Part shown: piece after piece, positions 1 to 8,727 of the stretch
Position numbering within the stretch: position 1 is the stretch's first letter
Layout: each line of letters opens with the position of its first letter
Assembly (NCBI GenBank): GCA_039820385.1
Contig: JBCBQE010000001.1
Location: forward strand, 1-35,387
DNA length: 35,387 nucleotides
Source: Cyanobacteria bacterium J06635_10
Lineage (GTDB): Bacteria > Cyanobacteriota > Cyanobacteriia > Cyanobacteriales > Nostocaceae
Reading direction: 5' to 3'
Translations under genes and position numbers: made by a program
Notes under the pieces: model-generated
What the model saw: the letters and a program-made list of their open reading frames with translations, nothing else
What the model was told of the DNA's origin: nothing
The model's database searches: none

Positions 1-22
1 TTCTGTATAGGAGAATTCCGAT

Positions 23-3022
23 TACAGGAAACACGTCATCACCAAACAACCATATATTCCTCAATTAATTAAACGTTTTGAATCAGCTGGTTTAATACCT
101 TTACCCATCTTCATTAATGGTGTCGAAGGACATGTCGCCGTACGTGACTGGATGACAACAGATTACGAAATTCAACAACGGCAACAAGGTAATAAGACAA
201 CTCTTTCCCTTTCCCCAGAAGCTGCGAAAGTTGATACAATTATTTCTACCATTGGATTTCCTTTGGTAGGAGGGCCAGCTGGTTCTATGGAAGCAGGAAG
301 ACAAGTTGATATTGCTAAAGGCATTCTTGCCGCAAAAAATGTACCTTATATTGTCGCCGCACCTCTATTAATTCAAGATATCCATTCATGGACTCGTCAA
401 GGTGTTGGCGGTTTACAAAGTGTTGTTTTATATGCTCTACCGGAATTAGATGGAGCCATTGACACGGTTGCTCTCGGCGGTTTGGTGGGAGAAGATATTT
501 ATTTAGTTCCCGAAAGGGTACAAAGATTAATTGGTAGGGTAAAAAGTTGGGTAAATCTCCGACAAAAACCTGCCTCTGAACGAAAAATTGCTGTTATTCT
601 CTACGGTTTCCCACCAGGATATGGTGCGACGGGTACCGCTGCTTTATTAAATGTACCTCGCAGTTTGTTGAAATTCCTCCATGGTTTGAAGGAACAAGGT
701 TACAACGTTGGGGAATTACCAGAAGATGGGGAAGAATTGATTCGTTTGGTGAAGGAAGCTGATGAATCCTACCCCAAAAATAAAAATGTAGAGACGTTAA
801 ATTTAACGTCTCAAAATTCTGGAAATTTAACGTCTCAAAATTCTGGAAATCTGAAAAATTAAACGTCCGTAAATACTGTAAATGTCAGAACTTTAGAAAA
901 ATGGTTGGGATATCTCCAAACAACTCGCGTTGAAAAGCAGTGGAAATCCCTGACAAGTTCTGGTATCAAAACGTATGGTGATGAGTTTCACATTGGCGGT
1001 ATTCAACTTGGTAATGTTTGGATAGGAGTTCAACCGCCATTAGGTATTCAAGGCGATCCGATGCGGTTGATGTTTGAACGAGATTTAACTCCACATCCCC
1101 AATATGCTGCTTATTATAAATGGTTACAAAATGAGTTTGCTGCCGATGCGATCGTTCATTTTGGCATGCACGGCACTGTGGAATGGTTACCCGGATCTCC
1201 TTTGGGAAATACTGGTTATTCTTGGTCTGATATTTTACTGGGACATTTACCCAATCTATATATATATGCCGCAAATAATCCTTCGGAGTCAATTTTAGCC
1301 AAGCGTCGCGGTTATGGAGTGTTGATTTCTCATAATGTACCTCCCTACGGCCGTGCGGGTTTATATAAAGAGTTGATGGCGCTACGAGATTTAATCTCGG
1401 AATATCGGGAAGATCCACAAAAGAATTATGCACTCAAGGAAGGGATTTGTAAAAAGATTATTGATAGTGGTTTGGATACCGATTGTCCCTTTGAGGAAGC
1501 AAAGAAGCTGGGAATTGAGTTTACTCCTGAGAATGTGCGAATGTTTAGCGATCGCATTTTCAACGATTATTTAGTAATTTTGTACGAGTATTTGCAGGTT
1601 TTGGAGAATCGCTTGTTTTCTTCTGGGTTACATATTTTGGGAGAAGCGCCGAATCAGGAGGAGATGAATTCTTATTTGGATGCTTATTTTGAAGAAGAAG
1701 AACAAAAAAACCTTCAAGTTGAGGAGAGTATTAGAGATTTATTAGAGCAGAGTACAGATGAGTTAAGGAATCTGTTAAGGGGTTTGAATGGCGAGTATAT
1801 TCCACCTGCGCCAGGGGGAGATTTATTACGAGATGGTACTGGAGTATTACCGACGGGAAGAAATATTCATGCTTTAGATCCCTATAGAATGCCTTCTCCA
1901 GCAGCTTATGAAAGGGGAAGGGAAGTAGCAAGGAAGATTATTCAGCAGCATTTACAAGAAAATGATATTTATCCGGAGACGGTAGCAGTAATGTTGTGGG
2001 GTTTGGATGCAATTAAGACTAAGGGTGAGTCTTTGGGTATTTTGTTGGAGTTATTAGGTGCTGAGCCTGTAAAGGAAGGTACGGGAAGAATTGTTCGTTA
2101 TGAATTAAAGCCTTTGGCAGAAGTGGGACATCCTCGCATTGATGTTTTGGGTAATCTTTCGGGGATTTTCCGCGATAGTTTTGTGAATATTATTGAGTTA
2201 TTGGACGATTTATTTCAACGTGCTGCTGATATTGATGAACCTTTGGATAAAAATTTTATTCGCAAACACGCTTTAGAATTAAAGGAAAAAGGAGTTGAGA
2301 ATACTTCTGCAAGGTTATTTTCTAATCCTGCTGGTGATTTTGGTTCGTTGGTAAACGATCGAGTAGTTGATGGTAATTGGGAATCTAGCGATGAGTTGGC
2401 GAATACTTGGCAAAGTCGCAATGTGTTTAGTTATGGCAGAGAAGATAAGGGACAAGCACGCCCAGAAGTGTTAAATCAACTGTTAGGAAGTACCAGTCGG
2501 ATTGTCCAAGAAATTGATTCGGTGGAATACGGTTTAACTGATATCCAAGAATATTACGGCAATACTGGTGGTTTGAAAAAAGCTGCCGAAAAACAAGGTG
2601 GTAAGAAGGTAACAGCTAGCTTTGTGGAAAGTTTTTCAAAAGATACTACTCCCCGCGATTTAGATGATTTATTGCGGATGGAGTATCGTACTAAGCTGCT
2701 AAATCCAAAATGGGCGGAAGCGATGGTAAATCAAGGTAGCGGTGGTGCCTTTGAAGTATCGCAACGCATGACGGCTTTAATTGGTTGGGGTGGTACTGCT
2801 GATTTTACCGATGATTGGGTGTATGAACAAGCTGCCGATACTTACGCTTTAGATGCTGAAATGGCGGAAAAATTGAGAAAAGCTAATCCGGAAGCGTTTA
2901 AGAATATTGTGGGAAGGATGTTAGAAGCCCATGGAAGAGGTTTTTGGGATGCTAGTGAAGATAAGTTGCAGAAGTTACGGGAATTGTATGAGTTAGCGGA
3001 TGAAGAGTTGGAAGGAGTATAA
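23..3022 (+). pseudogene. Magnesium chelatase subunit H-like protein (CobN/ChlH family, probably the ChlH2-type paralog), interrupted by an in-frame stop; 5' part missing from the window
   Basis: One reading frame covers 23-3022 (YRKHVITKQPYIPQL...ELEGV) with family motifs (LPELDGAID, HFGMHGTVEWLPG, YAANNPSE, PTGRNIHALDP). ORFs 152..862 and 905..3022 share this frame and are separated only by TAA at 860-862. A TAG at 8-10 also closes the frame upstream. Confidence 0.8.
788..850. repeat. Palindromic dispersed repeat (GTAGAGACG-type) plus 24-bp tandem duplication inside the chlH-like gene
   Basis: Perfect 22-bp palindrome GAGACGTTAAATTTAACGTCTC at 791-812. Unit AAATTTAACGTCTCAAAATTCTGG at 799-822 and 823-846 (NLTSQNSG twice). 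Confidence 0.9.
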
Positions 3023-3483
3023 GCCGCTGCAATTCTAACTTTAAAAGAATCATGTCCAAGTAAATTCAGATAAATATCAATCCCTTTATATACAGCCGTA
3101 TGAGTCGCATTGGCATAGAGGATTTCCTCTTCCATCCGTTCTTGAAATTCTGCTGTATTTCGTCTATCTTCGTAGTAAGACAAATTCTGATGAGTTTCGC
3201 AATACGAAGTTCCTGTTGCCAGATATGCAAGGTCAAACAGTATAATTTCTGAAAGCTCTAAATCAGTTTCTTTTTGCAGTCTTTCAATCAGATATGGTAC
3301 GGGAAAAGCCGATTGAACATATATCGAACCCTGATGCCAAATCATATCAAACAAATCTGACAAAGCAGTTTCGCGTACATCTTTGTCGTTTGATGAAAGA
3401 TTTTCGATCGCAGCTAATATATCCTCATGGATATCTAAAGCATCAATATTTTGCCAATCAATATTTTCAAAGTTTTCTTCCAC
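2842..3483 (-). pseudogene. Truncated HEAT-repeat protein whose 3' end runs antisense into the chlH-like gene
   Basis: HEAT-like segments (LSSNDKDVRETALSDL, VPYLIERL, LLGHDSFKVRIAAAYT). From 3022 down the ORF is simply the antisense of the chlH-like C-terminus (181-bp overlap). Confidence 0.65.
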
Positions 3484-3559
3484 AAAGAATTACCAAAAAT
3501 CTATCTATAATTAATTTATGGCTTTAATATGGCTTAAATATACCTTCTCTGTCTCTAAC

Positions 3560-3675
3560 AGAACTTACCCACGTACTACGTATTTACGTTATTATTCTCT
3601 ACGCGTTGCGCAGCGTCTCCCGGAGGATGATAGTAATCGCAAAGCCTTATTTCTCGTTACGAGTGCGTAAATCCG
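3560..3675. mobile_element. Degenerate MITE-like repeat (GGACTTACGC...GCGTAAGTCC end family)
   Basis: Imperfect inverted ends AGAACTTACCCAC (3560) and GTGCGTAAATCC (3663-3674). Same end type as the element at 20091-20184. Confidence 0.45.
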
Positions 3676-3733
3676 ATCTAAAAAATATCATTATATAAAC
3701 CATACTTACCTTCGAGAGAAGTTCGATAACAAG

Positions 3734-3852
3734 TAAGTAGGCATAAATAAATATAACTATATAACGAAATATAAATGATGTGAAAAGATCGCGATTGTTG
3801 ACGTTTCATGCAGTGAATGACGTATTTATAAATTGTCCCACCCACCTACTTA
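3734..3852. mobile_element. MITE-like element with TAAGTAGG...CCTACTTA ends
   Basis: Inverted ends TAAGTAGG (3734-3741) and CCTACTTA (3845-3852), about 120 bp, non-coding. Confidence 0.6.
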
Positions 3853-3942
3853 TTTCACAAAAATAACTAATAACGGGCAATCAGAAATCACAACCAATAA
3901 AAAAGCGATGCAATCCCCGATTCCCCATCATTCATTCTTCTA

Positions 3943-5214
3943 TCAACTACTTACTGCTATAGGTTGTTTTTCCACAGATGGCTGTAATAAATTGTTGTAG
4001 AGTTCGCTCAATTGCATTGCAACTCCATTCCAACTAAATTTATCTTCAACCCTTTGTCTTGCAATTTCACCTAATTCTTCACCCCAAGCCGCATCAACTA
4101 AAATTCGGTCGATCGCATTGGCAAAAGCAGGAACATCTTGCGGTGGCGCTAACAAACCAGTTTCTTCATTCACAACAGTAAACTGAAGTCCACCCACATC
4201 AGAAGCAATTACTGGCGTAAAACTCGCCATTGCTTCTACTGCTACCAATCCAAAAGGTTCGTAATGGCTGGGAACAACACAAACGTCAGCCGCTGCATAA
4301 TAATATGGTAAATCTTCTTGACTGACACGACCGGGAAATTCGGTCATCTCACTCATTCCCAATTCCCCAACAATTTTCTCAATGCGATCGCGTTCATCTC
4401 CATCGCTATGACCAGGACGACTACCGCCACAAATAATTAATTTAAAGTTTTCAGTACCAAATAATTTAGATTCTCTCACAGCACGTACTAAGGTTTCAAT
4501 CCCTTTGCGTGGATCGAAACGTCCTACATACATTACAAGTTTGGTTTCAGAATTAATTCCCAGTTGCTTTCTTGCTGCTTTTCTGTCAATGCAACCAAAG
4601 CGTTCAATATCAGTACCGCAAGGAATTATATCAATATCTCCTTTTGTCGAAACAAGGGTACGCATATGTTCTTGCTCTTGGGGAGAAGTCGCAACAATTC
4701 TTTGTGCCGTTTCTAATACCTGTTTTTCTATTGCTAAGCGAGTGCTGGCAATTAAAGGAACAGTTTTCACGGTGTTGTACTTAACTGCTCCTAAAGAATG
4801 GTATGTATGTACGATCTGACTTCCTTGTTTTTCTCTTAACTGCATACCAACCCAGCTAGAAAGCCAGTAATTGGTATGAATTAAAGGATATATAATTCCG
4901 TTCTCTTCTTGAAATTTGAGAAAATTGTCTACAAATTCTGGTAAGTGCCCAAAAATATTGTCTCGTGGCACAAAATCAACATTACCAGCCTTCAAACGAA
5001 TGGTTCGACAATTAGGAGAATGCCAAACAATATCTTCTTGCTCCACGTTCACTTTCCGGGTGAACATATCAACTTGCCATCCAAGAGAGGCTAATGCTTC
5101 CCCTACATGACGAACGTAAACGTTTTGCCCTCCAGCTTCTTCTTTACCTATTTCAATGGCTGGATCGCCATGGACAGAAATTAAGGCAATGCGTTGTTCT
5201 GTTACGAGGTTCAT
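3943..5214 (-). CDS. spsB: Sucrose-phosphate synthase (GT4 glycosyltransferase, minimal SPS-B type)
   Basis: 423 aa. RIALISVHGDPAIEIGKEEAGGQNVYV, HTNYWLS, GRFDPRKG and EPFGLVAVEAMA match recalled Nostocales single-domain SPS sequences. Confidence 0.85.
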   Translation of the reverse strand: MNLVTEQRIALISVHGDPAIEIGKEEAGGQNVYVRHVGEALASLGWQVDMFTRKVNVEQEDIVWHSPNCRTIRLKAGNVDFVPRDNIFGHLPEFVDNFLKFQEENGIIYPLIHTNYWLSSWVGMQLREKQGSQIVHTYHSLGAVKYNTVKTVPLIASTRLAIEKQVLETAQRIVATSPQEQEHMRTLVSTKGDIDIIPCGTDIERFGCIDRKAARKQLGINSETKLVMYVGRFDPRKGIETLVRAVRESKLFGTENFKLIICGGSRPGHSDGDERDRIEKIVGELGMSEMTEFPGRVSQEDLPYYYAAADVCVVPSHYEPFGLVAVEAMASFTPVIASDVGGLQFTVVNEETGLLAPPQDVPAFANAIDRILVDAAWGEELGEIARQRVEDKFSWNGVAMQLSELYNNLLQPSVEKQPIAVSS

Positions 5215-5623
5215 AGTTTATTGGTTAAGAGATGTAATTGATATTGGCTCGCTGCTTAATACAGCCTTAAACCCTAAGGCCAAAATCTTTGTAAATGTTC
5301 ATGTAATTTTTATTTTAATTTAATATGTCACATATTTTTACATCCCTGCTATTACTATTACTTCTCTTGTCTACGTAATAATATGCATGCATGTAATGAT
5401 AGAAACGCTATCAGTGTAAATCCATTAATGACGTATTTTAAGTAATATCTGTCTTTATATACTAAAAAAAAAGTCTTTTTTTTTACATTTAAATAGTAAA
5501 ATATAGTTTTCTATTTGAAAAAACTAGTTATTTAAACTATTTAATTTATAAGTGTATTCACTGATAAATTAAATAAATCAAAACATTAAATCAATGTTAA
5601 ATCATCAAAAATCAGATTTAAGA

Positions 5624-5639
5624 TGTACTTAAATATACA
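5624..5639. promoter_or_regulatory. Candidate NtcA-binding site
   Basis: TGTA-CTTAAATA-TACA matches the extended consensus TGTA-N8-TACA, upstream of spsB. Confidence 0.5.
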
Positions 5640-5719
5640 TAATATTATTGCGTCAGATGGATTGTGCTTTACGCTACTTTTCGCTAAAATTTTTGGATGG
5701 ACTAAATCAGTAATAATTA

Positions 5720-5762
5720 TGTATGAATAAATACACAATATCTTTGTAAATATATGTATAGT
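5720..5762 (+). promoter_or_regulatory. Candidate NtcA-activated (class II) promoter
   Basis: TGTA-TGAATAAA-TACA (5720-5735). Exactly 22 nt separate TAC from the -10 TATAGT (5757-5762), i.e. GTA-N8-TAC-N22-TAN3T. Confidence 0.55.
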
Positions 5763-6090
5763 ATATAAATTTCTAATAGTTCACACTTTATGTAAAGCAA
5801 TACTCAATGCCGCAAGAATGTTTAGACACTTATCTACCTGATGGATTTTTCTACCCATTTATTACCCAGCAGATATACTTCTCTAAATACAATTATGGCA
5901 AGTTTTAGAGCGATTTATGGATTATTTTGAGTAATTATAGAGTAATAAAGATTTAAATAGAGTTTATTGCCAAAAAAATCAAATAATTACCTATTTCATC
6001 AAATTAAGACTATATAAATCCCGTAATCTCAGATAATTCCAAATTAAAAAATATACAAATTGTTGTGTAATCAGAATGTAAGCACTCACT

Positions 6091-6674
6091 ATCTTTCTGG
6101 CTCGATCGGGTTTTGCAATTTCGTTAAAAAATTGGACTGAAATTGTAACCCACTATTTTTGCGGAGAATTTAAACTCATGGTGTATACAACATCGCCTTA
6201 GAACTACTTCTTTCGGGCCAGAAGATTTCCGATAAAATTTCTTCCTCTGCTCCGGGAACCCTCAATCAACACCGGTAATCGCCAGGAGGGTGATGGGAGT
6301 AAGCCTGCCCCTGTATTAAATTCACGTGAGGGGTTATTCTAGGGCTACCAAAATTAAATCAGTGAAGTTTGCGCCGGAGTTGCAAGAATGAAAGCCATTA
6401 GGAATTTGCCGTGCTTCATTAGAAACCGGAAAAATTTTTCAGTCTTGTTGCTAACTAATGCATTTAGGACTTTGTACAGTAAACAGCCGTACTTCGAGTC
6501 AACTTCTAATATGAATCTCTGCCTATCTATAATGCGGATAATTCAGAATACGGCAACCTGTAGAAGCGCAGTTCATCTTGTCCACAGCCGATTTCACGTT
6601 TATTAGAGTACAAAAATCAAAATTTATCTCTTAACTTTAAAGCCTTTCCACCTGCTTGTGAGAAAGGCTTTAAA
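6091..6674 (+). ncRNA. Candidate large structured non-coding RNA (family unassigned)
   Basis: GC-richer than its flanks, no credible protein, at least 7 nested or adjacent stems with G-U wobbles consistent with the + strand, ending in a 13-bp hairpin. Confidence 0.45.
6636..6674. terminator. Strong hairpin, probable terminator
   Basis: TTTAAAGCCTTTC (6636-6648) and GAAAGGCTTTAAA (6662-6674) form a perfect 13-bp inverted repeat. Confidence 0.65.
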
Positions 6675-6697
6675 CTGTATTGCATTCAACTGAAACG

Positions 6698-6733
6698 GCT
6701 ATATTTGCAAAACTTGTTGTTTGCAAATATAGC
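6698..6733. repeat. 14-bp perfect inverted repeat
   Basis: GCTATATTTGCAAA (6698-6711) / TTTGCAAATATAGC (6720-6733). Confidence 0.8.
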
Positions 6734-6872
6734 AGTCCTATATACAACAAACCTGTTGCACTTTGGAGAAAACATTGTATCAGTAAGGGGTGCCCTCAAC
6801 TTACTTTAGATGCACATACTAGAACACTTTTCACAAACTAATTCTCAAAAATTAAATACTTTAAGTCCTTAC

Positions 6873-7019
6873 TATAGGATTCCTTATTGATTTTTCACAA
6901 ACCTCTGTACAGCTTTTGTTAAAAGTTCTCTACCTCAAGGAACAATTACGGCTTTGCGCCTTGCTGCGCTCTCATTAGTGCACCCGGAAGACATACATTA
7001 ATCAAACCGGATTCCTATA
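6873..7019. mobile_element. MITE (~147 bp) with TATAGGAATCC-type terminal inverted repeats
   Basis: Left end TATAGGATTCCTTATTGATT versus reverse complement of right end TATAGGAATCCGGTTTGATT. TA at both termini. Confidence 0.7.
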
Positions 7020-7149
7020 TAAAACTTACGCCTTCTTTTCTGAAAAAAACTTGCATTCAAAACATTTATATTTCCCCAAGCCCGCGATCGATTAAGGGCA
7101 AAGGAAAGCAGAAATTCCAGTGTCTAATTAAATAAGTACAGTTGGAACT

Positions 7150-7330
7150 AGCGTTGCATGCGTCTAGACTCAATCAAGAAGGGAGCCTAAGATGATCCGT
7201 TATAGTCCCTATCAGAGCCATGACAGCAGTGTCGAGGGAGTTGAAAATCAATTTCCCGGATATTCCTCTATAGGTTATAACCTTCTTCAGTAAAATCAAA
7301 ACTGAATCGAACTGACGCTTATCAACAACA
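7150..7330 (-). ncRNA. ssrS: 6S RNA
   Basis: About 180 nt folding as a rod. 5' GUUG-AUAA-GCGUCAG-UUCGAUUCAG pairs with 3' CUUGAUUGAG-U-CUAGACGC-AUG-CAAC. GUUAUA/UAUAAC, CCUAU/AUAGG and AGAG/CUCU flank a central bubble containing UUUUACUGAAGAA, resembling recalled cyanobacterial 6S sequences. A -10-like TACTTT lies just upstream. Ends approximate. Confidence 0.8.
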
Positions 7331-7408
7331 GCTAAAGTAGGCTTAGTAATTAAAAATTAAAAATCATTTTTTTTTGATTTTTAATTTTTAATCCCCCTTG
7401 TCGATCAA

Positions 7409-7900
7409 TTAGTTGGTAGTTTGTGCAGCTAGCATTTCCTTTAGCTTTTCTAACTCCGCAGCCCAACGAGGATCTGGACGAACCCCATCTGACGAAGAAT
7501 CACTCGTACTGACATTTTCTTTAGACCCACCACCGCGACGAGATTTTTTCGATTTCTTGCTAACTCCAGGGTGACTAGAAGAAGCATTAGTAGGTGTTGA
7601 TGCAGGTGTTTTAGGAGTTTGTTGTTCTTCTCCCTCTTCATTAGGCTTGGTGCGAGGCAATGCTTTCTCCAACTTAATCGGAGAATCTTTGAACATATGA
7701 CCGTTATATTTTTCAATTATTTGGTCAGCTTGTTCGTCATTATTTACAGTCAGGAAACCAAAGCCACGACATTTGCCAGTTTTACGGTCTTTGATTAATT
7801 TAGTAGTAATACTATTACCTTCTTCAGCAAAAACTGCTTGCAACTCCGATTTTTCTATTTCTTCTTTCGGCAAATTGCCTATGTATAGGCGAATGGACAT
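7409..7900 (-). CDS. rbpG: RRM RNA-binding protein, RbpG/Rbp3 type
   Basis: RNP2 LYIGNL, RNP1 RGFGFLTV and the C-terminal PDPRWA motif of class II cyanobacterial Rbps. Confidence 0.85.
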   Translation of the reverse strand: MSIRLYIGNLPKEEIEKSELQAVFAEEGNSITTKLIKDRKTGKCRGFGFLTVNNDEQADQIIEKYNGHMFKDSPIKLEKALPRTKPNEEGEEQQTPKTPASTPTNASSSHPGVSKKSKKSRRGGGSKENVSTSDSSSDGVRPDPRWAAELEKLKEMLAAQTTN

Positions 7901-8299
7901 GTATGTTCCTCCAATATAGTTAGATGAAGATGAGCGGGTTTAAAACAAAGACTTGGTTTTATGGATGACAGACTAATGCAATTAACTAACATTGTCATGA
8001 ACCATCTTTCTACTCCAAACTGTCAATCTTTACAACACAGTTCTTCCCCAAGCTGATTTCTTAATATAAAAGCGTACGCTCCGAAGCATAAACACCTTAA
8101 TCTCAAAAATTATAAATTCTGCACTATACTTCTTGCAAAAAAAAACTTATTCAACGCTCTCTTATTATGAAGATTTAAACACCATTTCCTACAATATCAT
8201 GCTATTCTGGGCACAGCTAGTTCAACACATACATTTCTAGCCCTGACTTTAGTGCATAGTAGCATACAATACATTTTTTTTGTGAAGCAGACCCCTTCA

Positions 8300-8327
8300 A
8301 TAAACAAAAACCAGCCAACGGCTGGTT
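8300..8327 (-). terminator. Intrinsic terminator
   Basis: AACCAGCC-N3-GGCTGGTT stem (8309-8327) followed on the minus strand by TTTGTTTATT. Confidence 0.6.
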
Positions 8328-8727
8328 AATTTCCTGCTGTGTTGGAAGGAGGAAAGGGGGGAAGTAATAGCGTAAGCAGCCTCATACATTAGCTATAACT
8401 AAAGGCTTTGTTATTGGGGTTGCATCGCTTATTGTAAATAAAATTAACATTTATTGTGATTTTTTGCAACTTTTTTTAACATTTTGTTGAGATACTCCCA
8501 TGGGGGTTGTCAGAAAAAATGGCGGAAGGCACCCGACGAGGGCTTTTTGTGTTGGCGGAGCGTTTTCTTGATGTTAGAAGATGCCACACATAACAGGAAT
8601 TAATTTGTTTATATTAGCGTTCACGCCCGGGGGCGTGGGTTGAGCGGGTGTCCCTATCTTTATGTCGTCCCGAAGGGACATAACCTCCGCGATTTTTTTA
8701 CGAGCTTTCTTGGCGATAGATCGCCAT

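Noticed and set aside
799-850. 24-bp direct repeat as a CRISPR array
   Set aside because: The units are adjacent with no spacers, and no cas genes are in the window.
6112-6201. LKNWTEIVTHYF resembling an ISL3 transposase C-terminal motif
   Set aside because: The frame is short, bounded by stops, and the following conserved transposase motifs are absent.
6388-6606. 72-aa ORF inside the structured region
   Set aside because: No recognisable motif or clear RBS, and it overlaps predicted stems. Not called, though it cannot be excluded without RNAcode or Ribo-seq.
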